Shown here: in pieces, positions 1 through 11,664 of the stretch
Layout of the letters: every line of letters starts with the position of its first letter
Position numbering within the stretch: position 1 is the first letter of the stretch
Assembly (NCBI GenBank): GCA_977018835.1
Contig: OZ361257.1
Coordinates: 1,674,001-1,738,000, forward strand
Direction of reading: 5' to 3'
DNA length: 64,000 bases
Source: Minutocellus sp. GHC0000111
Taxonomy: Eukaryota
The notes under the pieces: generated by a model
The model's input: the letters and a program-made list of their open reading frames with translations, nothing else
Told to the model about the DNA's origin: nothing
The model's database searches: none
Position numbers and translations under genes: made by a program

Positions 1-732
1 GGTTGATTGTTGCATAAACTTATCCCAATGCTATCTGTCTCTCCTCGGGCGCAAAATTGTTGTCGGAATTCCGGGGGAGGTCGAGTGGGGATGCGATCGG
101 TCGGGATCAGCGAGAGTCGGTCATACGGGGGGTGCGGCGCAATCCCGGCAGTTTATCATCAACAACAACGTGGGAAAGTACCAGAGGGTCTGGGGCATCA
201 CAACGGGAGCACGACGAGCACAAAGACGGAGCAATGGTGCCACACCCCAGAGAAACGAACGGCCGACAGATGGAGGAAAAGTAGGCCGATGGTTCGTGGC
301 GTTGATACGCAGCGGAGGCCAATCTGAGGATACAGTAAGCTTCAACTATATCCAAACATGATAATGAATGCGTATTTGGTACGAAAATATAGTTATACGC
401 CGGCGCAACGCCGACGGACCACCATGGTGTTGGACGGTCAAAGAATGGGTGACGAACGAGATTGGGTTTTGGTGGGTTTCTTCGTGACGTGTTCGTCTTC
501 TGCCGAAAAACGCTTCATCCGACCGGCGAAACAAGACGAGATGGGGCTGTGCCGCGCCGCCTCCGCCTCCGCCTCGGCCTCCAGTCAGCACGCGTTGCTT
601 GGTCCGCCTCCTCGCTCGGCCTCTTCCCAGGCAATCTCGCCGCGGGAGAACATCAATCAATCTAGTTTTGGCAATTCATTCCTTTCGTTCCGTTCGTTCG
701 TTCAGTGGGCGGTAGTATTAGAGCTAGCCTAG

Positions 733-3278
733 ATGGTATCCTGGTACCAGGCCAGCGAGCGGAGGCGGTCCCGGGCCGACCTGACCAAGCGGCAGGTCCG
801 CCGGGCCCTCACCGCCTCTTCCGCAGGTTCGGCCGCGGCTCCGCACTCCACGGGCACCGGTGTCGGTAGGCGCGAGCTTGGTTCCAAATTCCAATCGTCC
901 CGCACGTCGCTGGGCGGCGTCAAAGGTGCCGGGGAAACCGCCCCAATGAGCCCGCTCAAGGGCCGGTCCCTCCGCCTCTCGTACGGCGGCCCCGGTATTA
1001 ATGCTTTCGGCGGCGGCGCTTCGTCCGTCGTCACCGCCAGCCCACCCACCAACTCCCGTTCCCGCGCTCTCGTCGTCCCCGCAAACAATGGAAATCGCCC
1101 CGGCCCGTCCGCCGACCAAGGCGCCGAACCTCCGGAGCCTCCGCAACCTTGGAGGTCGTTCCCCGATCGCGTGATCGTCGACCGCCTGACCGCCCATGCC
1201 ATCCAGCTCGAGGTGTGGGACCTGCCCCTTCCGGCGAGCGTGTGCGCCGTCGCGCAGGCCTTGGGGGGGTGTCCCCAGGTGCGATTGCTGCACGGCCGGT
1301 CCAGTTGGGACGATGAGATCCGCCCGGCGGGAGGGGACGGGGGCGCCGAGGTCGGAAGAGGGGAGGGTGAGGGGGAATTCGCCGACGAGAATTTGCTCAC
1401 CAACAGCTGCTACCCCTCCGACCAGGATTGTTACGAGGAGGAGACGCCCGAAGAGCGAACCATTCGGCGGGTCGGGCAGCTCTGCGCCGCTCTTCAGACG
1501 CTCACCTCGCGGGTGGGGAGCACCACCCAAGTAGTGGAGAGCTGGGACGAGGCCAGGGCCGTGCTGGGCGAGGTGCTGGTGTTCCCCGACGAGTATCAGC
1601 AGGGTGGACGTGCGAACGAGATGGTGCGGGGTGAAGAGGAGGACAACGTTGGGGAGGATTTGGACGAGCTGGAGAGGGAGCAGAGGGCTCTGGAGCAGGG
1701 ACAGAAAGATGGTGGTGGTGTCATCGTGCCCATCCCTTCGTCCACCACCACCAAGAAGAGGATCGGGACCGTGTCCAGCCTCCTCCAACGCCGTTCCGCC
1801 CCCTCCTCCTCCTCGTCCTCGGGCAGGCTCGGCAAGGCGTACCGCTCCACCCAGCGCACCCTCGCCAAGGCGGCCCGCGGAGCCAGGGCACGGTCCAACA
1901 TCATCTCCAACGCCAGGCGGAACTTCCTGACCAAGGCGGCCTACTCCCGAATGCTGGCGCGGCGCGGACAGCTGGAGCGGATGCGCAAGTTCAAGCTGCT
2001 GACCAGCACGGTCGTGCCGCCGCACCTGGTTTCCGTCGTGCCACCACCACCGCCTTCCACCACCACCGTCCGTTGGACGGGCGACGATGGGATAGTGGAA
2101 AAGGAGACCGAGGAAGAGGAGCAGCAGCGAAAGCAGAAGGAGGCCGAGGCCGCCCAGGCCCGCGCCAAGGCCATCGCCGCATTGTCGGGTCTGGCCAAGC
2201 TCGATCACCTGGCCGACCAGCGCCTCGTCGAGGCCGAGCAGGTGGCCCGGGCCCGGATCGATGCCGAAACGGCCCGGCAGGACGCCGAGATGGCCGCCCG
2301 CGAGCAAGCGGAGGAGGAGGCCGCCGCCCAGGCCAACCGCGCCAGTACCCTGCTGCGCGACCTGACCGACGACGAGGCCGCCATCGTCCGCGACGCCATC
2401 TACGGCATCGGCCGTCCCGACGAGATCTTGGCCACGTCCGAAACCGACTCGGTCCAGCGCCAATCGCTCCACAAGCTCCAGCCGGGGGTGTGGCTCAACG
2501 ACGAGGTGATTCACTACTTTTTGTTGATGCTGGCCCGACGGGATGCCGAGTTGGCCGCCAAGCAGCAGCCCGGTAGGAAGCGCTGTCATTTCTTCAAGAG
2601 CTTCTTCATCACCAAGCTGTTGGACGAGGCCGGAGGGTACAACTACAAGAACGTCAAGAGGTGGAGCCGCAAGGTGCCCGGCAAGGACATCTTTGCCCTC
2701 GACAAAATCTTTTTTCCAGGTCAGTGCGTCTGATGGGAGCATTTCGGTTTGAGATTTTTATGAGTTTTGATTCTGCCTTACTCTGGCGTACCTATGCAAT
2801 ATCTTTTGTTTATGCCATTACTTTGTCTCCCCACATTTTGCTTCACGAATATCTCACCCAACCAAAAGTCAACGTCATCCATCCCGACCTTCTCCTCGCT
2901 CGTGAATCCGACCCCACAGTCAACGTGTCCGGCATGCACTGGACCGTCGCCGTCCTCCACATGTCCGAGAAGCGCATTCAGTTCTACGATTCCATGTCCG
3001 GCAGCGGCGACCGGTACCTGGAGGGGCTGATGCAGTACCTCCAGGACGAGCACATGGCCAAGAAGGGATGTCCGTTGCCCGATGCCGACGAGTGGGAGCT
3101 CGTCGAGTCGACCCCCGACACCCCCCAGCAGCGCAACGGATACGATTGCGGGGTGTTTACCTGCATGTTTTGCGACTTTTTGTCCACCGACTGTCCCCTC
3201 ACCTTTTCCCAGGAGCACATCACCCAGTGCCGGGAGCGCATCGCCCTTTCTATTATGAAGGGCGTTGCCATTGAGTAG
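733..3278 (+). CDS. Ulp1/SENP-family SUMO protease (peptidase C48), 2 exons (733-2719, 2920-3278)
   Basis: WLNDEVIHYF motif. Intron GTCAGT...CACAG at 2720-2919 joins IFFP-V-NVSGMHW. Catalytic His (HW), Asp (YDS) and QQRNGYDCGVF Cys motifs are present. Confidence 0.93.
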
Positions 3279-3545
3279 CTTTAAAGTTTGTTACTTTAGG
3301 TGGGATATTAGTAAATTTATACAGCAATGGATATATTTAGAGATCAACAGGATTTTCAATCCTCTTCGGCAATGCTTCTGTCCCTGTGAGATGTTATGCA
3401 ATTTTGCAATTTGAGGTCTTCCGCGGTCTGCGCCGCCGCACCTTGAGTTCTCGTCCGTCCGTCGCATCTCGGCACCCCAATGCAGAGCGAGGTTGTGCGG
3501 CACCCTTCGCTTTTGATGACTACCTAGGTACGCTACGCACAAACC

Positions 3546-5114
3546 ATGTCGAACGCCGAGCCACCCACTGCTGGAAACTTCACTCTTGACGACTATCTGC
3601 AAATGGTTGATAAAGCGGAATCTATGAGAGGAGCGAGGGGTGGGTCAGGGGTGACCGACGGTGCATCGGTTGAAACAAACGCAAGTGTCGCAAGCCGAAC
3701 GTCGACCTTGGAAGCTGACGTAGCAGCGAAGAAGGAGGAGGAGCATGTCGTGCCGTCTCTATCGGGCATGGGAATCGACCAATTTGTCGATATTTTCGCA
3801 TTTCTTCTCCTCAAAGATCGAGCTCGGGTGATCATGACGTGCAAACACATGCTAGCCCAACAGACGGCCTGCGACAAGTCCATCCGCAGCTTATGCGTCG
3901 ATACACACAATGGAGGCACAAACCTCTTGGCGAATCGTGTTGAGGAGGCGACCAGGGCCATGCTCGGTCAGCACAGTGTGTTCGATATCATCCATCGGAG
4001 CCGACACCTGCAATGGTCTCGCCTGACCGGTCTTCGTGAGCTAAACGTTGGCAGGCATTGCACCGACCATTTCCTGGAAATGATTTCGGGTGGAAGCAGT
4101 GGAGCTCAAGGAGATAACCAGAGGGGGGATATGCTACTGCCCGAGTTGGAAGGGTTGAAAATGTCCGGATCACATCATCTTACCGAAGAGGCTTTGATGC
4201 GCTTGTCTACAGAGGATGGATCTGGACGGATTCGCGACAACTTGCAGGAACTTGATGTAACATTCTGCTCCAATATTACCTACGATACGGCAATCCAATT
4301 CCGAACGCTTCTACCAAACTGCTTATTCCGAAGGATGCCGCAGTGGATGTGCGGCCATACCAGGACTCCATTTGGTGTAGACGGCAGAGTGGAAGTGCAC
4401 ACTTATTGGCCAGATGGAACATTTTCGTATAACCGAGACCGCCAATCGAAGGGGTTCGTGATACGAGTCGATATGTTATCGGGACAAAATCATGTCAGCG
4501 AGAAGCTTCAGTTCATAGATCTTCCTTCCAATGGCAATACGCCAGATTGGTTTTCCACTGGATTCCGTCCATCTGTGTCGATCTTGCGGCTTGAGGACAA
4601 TGTCGGTGCCCAGCATGTTCTCGTAGCTCAGCGAAAGGGAGGAATAAAGCATTTAAAGTATTTCCCAAAGGTCGAGCAGGCCGAGATAGTTCCACTTGGT
4701 TCGTCAAAACACTTTCGCCTTGATGGCAATCACCTAAGCGAGGAGGAGGTTTCAGCACAAGGGAGAAACTTCCCCGTTGTCCTGGTTTCTCACATGCAAA
4801 AATCGAAATTGACAAAAGAGGAATATTTTTCGCCCTTGGGCTTGGTCAGAGAGATTGCATCTCATCTTGAGGAAATCAAAAATATTGACGAAGCACTAAT
4901 GCGCAGAATAATGGATGCGGTGGGAATAAGGATTCCTACCGACATGAGCCTAGAGGAGATGGTGGACCGCTCGCTCAGCGAAGGAGCAGGATTACGTACA
5001 GAAAGAGAATATGACTTTCGGTACAACGAGGATATGATGGCAATTCCATTGAATTCTGATGATCCCAGCAGAATGGGCCCGACAGATTATCGGCTCCCTT
5101 TCTTTTCTGATTAA
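3546..5114 (+). CDS. F-box-like/LRR-containing protein of unknown function
   Basis: 522-aa ORF with an F-box-like segment (IFAFLLLKDRARVIMTCKHM) followed by LRR-like units (LRELNVGRHCTD, LEGLKMSGSHHLTE, LQELDVTFCSNIT). Confidence 0.65.
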   Translation: MSNAEPPTAGNFTLDDYLQMVDKAESMRGARGGSGVTDGASVETNASVASRTSTLEADVAAKKEEEHVVPSLSGMGIDQFVDIFAFLLLKDRARVIMTCKHMLAQQTACDKSIRSLCVDTHNGGTNLLANRVEEATRAMLGQHSVFDIIHRSRHLQWSRLTGLRELNVGRHCTDHFLEMISGGSSGAQGDNQRGDMLLPELEGLKMSGSHHLTEEALMRLSTEDGSGRIRDNLQELDVTFCSNITYDTAIQFRTLLPNCLFRRMPQWMCGHTRTPFGVDGRVEVHTYWPDGTFSYNRDRQSKGFVIRVDMLSGQNHVSEKLQFIDLPSNGNTPDWFSTGFRPSVSILRLEDNVGAQHVLVAQRKGGIKHLKYFPKVEQAEIVPLGSSKHFRLDGNHLSEEEVSAQGRNFPVVLVSHMQKSKLTKEEYFSPLGLVREIASHLEEIKNIDEALMRRIMDAVGIRIPTDMSLEEMVDRSLSEGAGLRTEREYDFRYNEDMMAIPLNSDDPSRMGPTDYRLPFFSD

Positions 5115-7123
5115 ATTGCTCCAGAATTATAAGTGTAAATTCTTTGTAAACCGGACCAACCCCTTGGCAAGTGCTCCTTTTGCAGTTCTCCCGATTTGAA
5201 ATCCATTGCCGAGGGGGCAGCTCCTTGAGCCGCTTCTTTTCTTTCCTCAAAAGAAAACTGTTCTTGGATTTCCTCCTCATCAATGCAGCTGCTTTCGGTC
5301 AGATCATCATTGTCTTTATAGCCATCAATCCTCATCTGCCTCAACAGTCGCTCCCAATCCTCCTTGACTCGATCTCTCGTCTCTTCGATATCCTTTTGGA
5401 TTTTCTCCTTCTTCTTTTCCAGATCCTTCAGAACCTTCTCACTCTTCCTCCGGTGCTTCTCCTCCTTCTGCCTCCAATAATCCTTGCGAATCGTCTGCTT
5501 GACCTCCTCTGGGCATGTCCAGAGACCGACGCTGCTGTCATAAGTCACCCTCCATACGTCGCAGTTGCGGAATTTGTAGTCCAGTCCCAACATGCATTGG
5601 AAGTAATGCGAGTGACCAACAACGGCGATGGTCGTCTCGGGCTGCTCAGCCAACCACTTCTCAAAGTAGGCGATGCGGTTGGTAAAGGCGTCGTGGTTGA
5701 CCGGCAGCCATTCGAGCGGGGTGCGTTCGGCCAGCTCGGCCAGTTCCACAATGCGCGATACCGACGGTATGCTCGTGCCACCTGCTGTCGGATCGGGTGG
5801 TATCGGCGCAAGGAGGCTGCCCAGTCCGGCACCGATGCTTCCGTCACGACGCATCCCGCCATCGCCACATGATATTGACGCCGCCGCCGCCGCCTCGACC
5901 TGCTGTTCGACATCTTCCTTGGCATCAACGACCCCGGCAGTATCAACCTTGGGGGCGACACAGCCCAGCATCCCGGCGCTGGTCTGCCTTGCCCTCCGCA
6001 ACGGACTGTGCACGACCAGCTGGATGCCCTCCTTCACCACAAAGTCATCTGCCCTCAACTGATCCCCCACCTGAGCAATCTGCCTCTTGCCTACGGCGCT
6101 AACATCGGAATCAATCTGAGCATTGACATCCACCAATTCCAACGACGCGGCCAGATCGGCCTTGGTCGGGAGCGTCAACTTGCGCACCTTGGAGATTGAC
6201 TTGTACAGGGCTTGCTGCCGTCGATTCTCGTCGGATTCGGCATGACGGATAAGATAGATGGTCTTGCGAACCGGCAGGTGCGGTATCGGGCGGGTGGTTA
6301 CCACGATGCTTTGTTGGAGATTGGCATCGAATGGTATAGCATCATTGGTGGCGGAAGCAGTTGGCGCACCGGCAGCTGTTGCAGATGATTCGACCGATTT
6401 GGATCGAGAAAGCGAGCATGAGCTCGGCGGTCGTGGCGGGGAGGGAGAGAAATTGGCAATACTTGATGCGGCACCGTAGTAGGTTGCACTGCCGACTTCA
6501 TCCAGACTCTTGACCGAGCCAAGTCCCGAGGAGGACAGCGGAACAGCCATATCGTTTGGGGCCGTTCCAGCTGACATAGGAGAAGTTTGATTGCCTTCTT
6601 CCGACAAAGCACCGTCCTGATTATTCCCCGAGGATGATGGTGCCATCTGCAGACTCAATTCGTACTCGTATTCTCCAGCCTCGAAATATGTTGGACTTGA
6701 AGCATCGTTGCTTTTTTGTTGCCGCCGACCCAGCACGCCACCCAATGTCGGTCGCTTGGGCGACTGATGAATTGCCGACACCTTGAGCATATCACCGCCG
6801 CCGCCTGTTGTGTTGGGTTCGGTAGGAGACATGCCAATAGTACTTGCAGCACTGGACGCCGGCGATGGACTTATACCAACATCGTCGGGACCAGTGGCAA
6901 GATTGGCCGAAGATGAAGACGTATCCACCGTCAGTTCTTTCTCTGTTTGTGTTCGTGATTGCGTTTGCCCTTGTGATTGCTGTTTTTGCTGCGCTCGACG
7001 CTTACCAGCGGTTGCAACACTGCTGAGCTTCTCGCGGAATTGCATCACAATCTTGGGCTTCTGCGCCCGACTCCCACCGAACGAGCTGCCCCGCAGCGGT
7101 GCCCCGTTGTTGTTCGCCACCAT
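5111..7123 (-). CDS. Histidine phosphatase (phosphoglycerate mutase-like) with long disordered N-terminus
   Basis: IYLIRHAES, VHSPLRRARQT, LAE and VVGHS motifs. Confidence 0.88.
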   Translation of the reverse strand: MVANNNGAPLRGSSFGGSRAQKPKIVMQFREKLSSVATAGKRRAQQKQQSQGQTQSRTQTEKELTVDTSSSSANLATGPDDVGISPSPASSAASTIGMSPTEPNTTGGGGDMLKVSAIHQSPKRPTLGGVLGRRQQKSNDASSPTYFEAGEYEYELSLQMAPSSSGNNQDGALSEEGNQTSPMSAGTAPNDMAVPLSSSGLGSVKSLDEVGSATYYGAASSIANFSPSPPRPPSSCSLSRSKSVESSATAAGAPTASATNDAIPFDANLQQSIVVTTRPIPHLPVRKTIYLIRHAESDENRRQQALYKSISKVRKLTLPTKADLAASLELVDVNAQIDSDVSAVGKRQIAQVGDQLRADDFVVKEGIQLVVHSPLRRARQTSAGMLGCVAPKVDTAGVVDAKEDVEQQVEAAAAASISCGDGGMRRDGSIGAGLGSLLAPIPPDPTAGGTSIPSVSRIVELAELAERTPLEWLPVNHDAFTNRIAYFEKWLAEQPETTIAVVGHSHYFQCMLGLDYKFRNCDVWRVTYDSSVGLWTCPEEVKQTIRKDYWRQKEEKHRRKSEKVLKDLEKKKEKIQKDIEETRDRVKEDWERLLRQMRIDGYKDNDDLTESSCIDEEEIQEQFSFEERKEAAQGAAPSAMDFKSGELQKEHLPRGWSGLQRIYTYNSGAI

Positions 7124-7303
7124 GATTGCTATCCAAGATGGGCGCAGGACAAAAAAAAATAAATGACGGCACGAGATGTGTTCGGACTGGTCTTGGTGTT
7201 TTTGATTCCGACCTGTCTCCCTCGATCGAGTTCGGCCCTGCTACTCCCACGGAAACAAGACCAAGACCGATACCCCGGGCCTCTCCTCTTGCTCTCAGAC
7301 GAT

Positions 7304-7377
7304 TGGCACCGGGTGCAATATGGTCAATTGTGGCGAAGAATGGCACCGGGTGCAATATGGTCAATTGTGGCGAAGAA
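7304..7377. repeat. Perfect 37-bp tandem duplication in a divergent intergenic region
   Basis: TGGCACCGGGTGCAATATGGTCAATTGTGGCGAAGAA occurs at 7304 and 7341 with no spacer. Confidence 0.95.
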
Positions 7378-7557
7378 TGACGAACGGCGGCGATGGTGAG
7401 AGGAGCGCCATGGCGCCAGCCGGACGGCCGTGCTTGGCCGTGCGTGAAAAATTTGGCGGAACCGCCAAGGGGAACCCGGAGAACGACCAGCTCATTCTCG
7501 AAGCAGACGAAGTCGCAACCACACAAGCTGCAGCGGAGCACAACGAAAGCGGCCACG

Positions 7558-8241
7558 ATGATCAGGAACGCCACCGACCGGCTGGCCCTGCGACGTGTCC
7601 GAGCCCTGCAAGGGCGCTCGACGCACCAATCGTCGATAAAATGCGGCGTATCTTATGTGCATCCTAACGACAGCACAAACACGAATTCCAATGCCTTCCT
7701 CTCCACCATCCACCGACGAACCTACTTCACCAACGCCGAGACCATGAAACGTACTGATCCGTACCACACCCTAGGTCTGGAATGGGGTGCAACCACCACA
7801 GAAATCAAGGAGGCATTCCGACAAAAGGCCAGGGAGCTCCATCCCGACGTGAACAAAACAGACTCACCTGACGTGGCACTGGCCAAGTTCCAGGCATTGC
7901 AAAAGGCATACAGCCAGCTGATGGACAGCAAGGGTGCCCACAGCGACGATCTGTCGGAGGAGTGGCAGTTCGCCGTATGGCGGACCGGCGATCGCATAGC
8001 CGAGGAACGCACCGACGTGGCGGGGATGGCTCGGAAACGTCCCGCCGAGAGTTTGCGCAACAAGAATTGGGGCGTCGCGGCGCTGGGCCATCCCGATCAG
8101 CGGTCGGGCAATGGCAGGAGGAGGGGAGAGCTGTTGGGGGATGGTGTTGGTGGCAATACGCGAAGTAGCACTGTGGGGACCGGTCAGAGCAAGTGGGTCA
8201 AAAAGAAGGAATATGTGCCATGGAATGGCGGAAAGCCTTAG
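7558..8241 (+). CDS. DnaJ (J-domain) protein, probably organelle-targeted
   Basis: DPYHTLGL...EIKEAFRQKARELHPDVN J-domain with HPD. Arg/Ser-rich N-terminus from the ATG at 7558. Confidence 0.88.
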   Translation: MIRNATDRLALRRVRALQGRSTHQSSIKCGVSYVHPNDSTNTNSNAFLSTIHRRTYFTNAETMKRTDPYHTLGLEWGATTTEIKEAFRQKARELHPDVNKTDSPDVALAKFQALQKAYSQLMDSKGAHSDDLSEEWQFAVWRTGDRIAEERTDVAGMARKRPAESLRNKNWGVAALGHPDQRSGNGRRRGELLGDGVGGNTRSSTVGTGQSKWVKKKEYVPWNGGKP

Positions 8242-8361
8242 ACATTAAGGGAAATATGCAGCTAATCAAGACGGCGTTGTATGTGTGCAAGGGATCGACT
8301 TTCAAGCGAGAGGCAAGGTGCATGTATGTGAAAAATGGATTATGCACATTTATTTGTGTCG

Positions 8362-9905
8362 CTAATAACTCTCGGCCCAGTTATACTCTGGAGGCAACGG
8401 TGCCATGCAGCTATCGCAACGATTCAAACTCTGCTCACGGGCCACCTGAGTGAAGAAGTTGCTCTGACTGCGTTGGCGATTGTGATGCCTTGCCAGATCA
8501 TCGCTGTTGTGGTTATGGTTGTGAGTGGCAGATGCCTGCTCTTCATGTGCTCCCGATGTGGTTCGACCGGCGACAACATCGCCCGCCACAAACGGCATGA
8601 ATTCGATGGTACTGATTTCTCGGGCGTCCACTTCTTCTGGATATTGATCCTGCAGCATCCTCTTGACAATATCCAACCGCATTGTGCGGGGTGGCGGGAT
8701 ACTCAAATAGTGATTCAGGGTAAAATTCTTGTTTTCGCCCGATCGACAGGTAACCAACAGCTCGATGGAAGACTTGGGAATATCTCCAGCCTCTTTATCG
8801 AGGATATATGGCGAACTGCCAGGCTTGGATAGGTCTTTGCGTAGGACTGTGTGTAGTGGCGACACGAAGCATAACATGGGAATAAAATTGGATCCGACAT
8901 TGAGACTTTTGTTTCAAACGCAAATAGATATTGGATATTTTCACGCCGTCAAAGTGTATAGAAAACTTACCATAAATATCACAGTTGGACGCATTCCATA
9001 CGCTATGAAACGTAGTGGGTGACCAACTAAATAACTGCATGAGAACAAATCGCATCGTCAATCCATGTGTTACCACCACCATTGCATCGATGGACTCATA
9101 TCCGATGCGTGTGTTGACATTGAGGACTGATTCAAACCACCAACTCTTTACTCGATCGTACACATCAGCTCCAGACTCGCCAGTGGCGAACCTATACCAG
9201 AACCGCCCAATCTTTTGTTGTTCTTGTCTCTGCAATTGAAAATCTTCCGTCTGGACATTGCCAAACTCTTGCTCTCGAATTCTGCTCTCGATGTCAGTGC
9301 GCACAATCCGATGTTCAAAAGCAGTTCTCATTGCTCGGGCTGTTTGCAGTGTTCTTTCGAATGGCGACAATACAAAGTGAACACGACGATTCTTGGCCTG
9401 GAGAGGGTGAAAACTATCACTGGTCGTACCAGTTCCGTTACCGAATCCAATTTCAGATCGGCTGTCAAATAATTTTCCAGAATGAGAACTGTTCAGATAA
9501 ACACCTCGATCGCTACTATAATTGCTGTTCTCGTTGGGACGGATGTCCAACATGGACTTGGTTCTGCCCGATAGGATGGATTCCACCCTGCGACCGGCCT
9601 CCTTGGCCTGATCGATGCCATGCTCTGTAAGTGGAAGCAAATTATCGGGCATGCTTCTGAATTGTGTGCTATCGGCGTTGCCAACGCTTTCTCCATGTCG
9701 AACCAGAATGATTGTGGAGGGAAGCAGCTTCCTTCGATCTTCGGCTTCTCGAAGAGCTGGACGCAGTGCTCGGGTTTGCGATCTTTTGTGCTTTGGATCT
9801 TTTGGTGATCGGAGCCTTCTGGAGAGCACCAGGGCAGCTAGGGTAGCGCCTAATAGCCCGCCAGCGGCGAGCAAAGCGCTTGTTTGGACTATCGAGGGGG
9901 GGCAT
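8362..9905 (-). CDS. Histidine phosphatase (PGM family), 2 exons, N-terminal hydrophobic anchor; start needs a 1-nt correction
   Basis: LVRHGES, SPFERTLQT, IREQEFGN, GESGADVYDR and VTHG motifs. Intron 8847-8970 (GTAAG...CACAG) gives CDIY-V-LRKD. The ATG at 9905 is in frame only if the C7 run (9896-9902) is C6. Confidence 0.85.
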
Positions 9906-10125
9906 GGCGCGAGAGTGATGGCATGTGCTCCAGGTCGATCGCCGGCAGCATAGCAGCATGCTACACGCCGTAGCAGTCAGCTTTTTTTCGTCAACGTCAT
10001 GATTACGCGAATAAAATTCTCAGAAAAGTTCTGACTCATAGTTTTGAGGATCTCGTTTGAATTCTGGGAGACCCATGCTGTAAACACAGCAAGTCAATGT
10101 AACCAGTCCTTCATTCATTGAGAAG

Positions 10126-11664
10126 ATGAGCCTCTCGCCCCTCAACCCGAGTGACATACCTGAGCATATTGCCGATGCAATTAGGAGGGCGGAGGTGTTG
10201 GGCCAACCGAAAGTCGCGCGGGCCATTGAAAAGGCAGAGGCTTTGAGGCAGAAGAGACTTGGAGAAAGCAAGGAGAGGAAACGCGTCCAAGACAGGATGG
10301 CTCAGAGACGGCGCTACGACAAGGTCAAGGACAAAGTTAAGGATCAGAGGAAGGTGATAAAGAGGCAGAAACTGGAGGAAACATTAAATTCGATCGGTGT
10401 TGACAAGAATGATTTTCGTGGCGCTGAGTTAGCCGCCGAATCGGTGGCAACCCTAATCGGAAGCAGCGTATCTTGCACAAAAAACAGCACAAAATCAACC
10501 ACATCCAGCACATCCAATTCGCCAGCAACAGATACCGACCAGATCGGCACGACCAAGACGGGGTGCTACCTCGCCCTGCCTGGATTTGACAAAGATTACT
10601 TCTGTGGATGGTGCAACTGTGGGAAAATTACGCCTTGGCACTATCAGCTAATTCCAGTATCCTTGGTGCCGTTTGAATTGTTGAAAAATTTCGCCAAGGA
10701 CATAAATTCAAATGAAAAGGGGGGATCTGACAAAGAATTCATTACCGACGGCAGGGCCATGGTTACCGTCACCTCAACACCATTCAAGAGCGTCACTGGT
10801 GCAAACGCATCTAGTCGACCGGCGGTTGTTACCCCTTCTGAGAAGACGGCGTCCAAACCCAGTAAATCTGCGACGGTACATGTATGTAACGAGAAGGGCG
10901 CCAATGCTATCACACGCAACGCGGATAAGATCGTCGCCAAGCATTTCAATTCAAACGGTCCGAGAGCGTCAATATTCGGACTGGAAATTTCACGACCATT
11001 GGGAGATCGTAAAATTTCTGGAAAGATTGCTGTGAGCTGGTATCCGCCCAAGTATCTGCCGGTGTTTGGTGATGGCAGTGGAAAGAAGCGGATGCGCAAG
11101 GAAGATATTGTAGGACACAGCAATCACATCATTCATGTGGGAAAGAACATTATGAAACAATCGGAATGGAATGTCGATGAGGCCGAGGCTAACGTGTTTG
11201 GCAGCAGTACCAAGTATCACACCCTCCTTGTTCATGATCCAAATATCGCAGCAACGGAAAAGGCTGGGCTATCCATCATTTATTTCAAGCCAGTTGCGAC
11301 GAAATATTTTTGGCTGTCTTTCATTACAAGTGCGAGGAACGCACGCAGGGAAAAGAAGGAAGAGCGCGGTAGGGGATATGGCCGGATGATTTTGTGGCGA
11401 CTGATCAATTTGGCTCAGATGGTTGATGGAATCGAGGAAATTTATCTGGAGGTCAATCCAGAGTGGAAGACTGCTATAGACTTGTACCGAAGCTTGCAGT
11501 TCGAAGAGATATCTTGGGATATGCTTCCAAAGGGAATTGAAGCATTTGAATTCGAAGTGAAGGCCAATGAACATCCCGAGTGCAAAAAGATGGATTACGA
11601 AACTTTGTTCAAACACCATGGGGAGTACACACTGATGCGCTTGAAGCTGTCCGTTTTTGGTTGA
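10126..11664 (+). CDS. Protein with C-terminal GNAT acetyltransferase domain
   Basis: ERGRGYGRMIL acetyl-CoA motif A, IYLEV and AIDLYRSLQF motif B. Basic coiled-coil N-terminus and a CGWCNC motif. Confidence 0.72.
   Translation: MSLSPLNPSDIPEHIADAIRRAEVLGQPKVARAIEKAEALRQKRLGESKERKRVQDRMAQRRRYDKVKDKVKDQRKVIKRQKLEETLNSIGVDKNDFRGAELAAESVATLIGSSVSCTKNSTKSTTSSTSNSPATDTDQIGTTKTGCYLALPGFDKDYFCGWCNCGKITPWHYQLIPVSLVPFELLKNFAKDINSNEKGGSDKEFITDGRAMVTVTSTPFKSVTGANASSRPAVVTPSEKTASKPSKSATVHVCNEKGANAITRNADKIVAKHFNSNGPRASIFGLEISRPLGDRKISGKIAVSWYPPKYLPVFGDGSGKKRMRKEDIVGHSNHIIHVGKNIMKQSEWNVDEAEANVFGSSTKYHTLLVHDPNIAATEKAGLSIIYFKPVATKYFWLSFITSARNARREKKEERGRGYGRMILWRLINLAQMVDGIEEIYLEVNPEWKTAIDLYRSLQFEEISWDMLPKGIEAFEFEVKANEHPECKKMDYETLFKHHGEYTLMRLKLSVFG

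Noticed and set aside
1..700. Short ORFs at the window start
   Set aside because: No recognisable motifs or consistent reading frame; may be UTR or the start of a gene outside the window.
724..2742. 672-aa minus-strand ORF
   Set aside because: Codon-aligned antisense shadow of the GC3-rich SENP gene, with no domain motifs.
7304..7377. 37-bp repeat as a CRISPR array
   Set aside because: Only two adjacent copies, no spacers, no cas genes and a eukaryotic context.
5111..9905. Two histidine phosphatases as a tandem duplication
   Set aside because: They share only generic family motifs and look like different subfamilies, so proximity may be chance.
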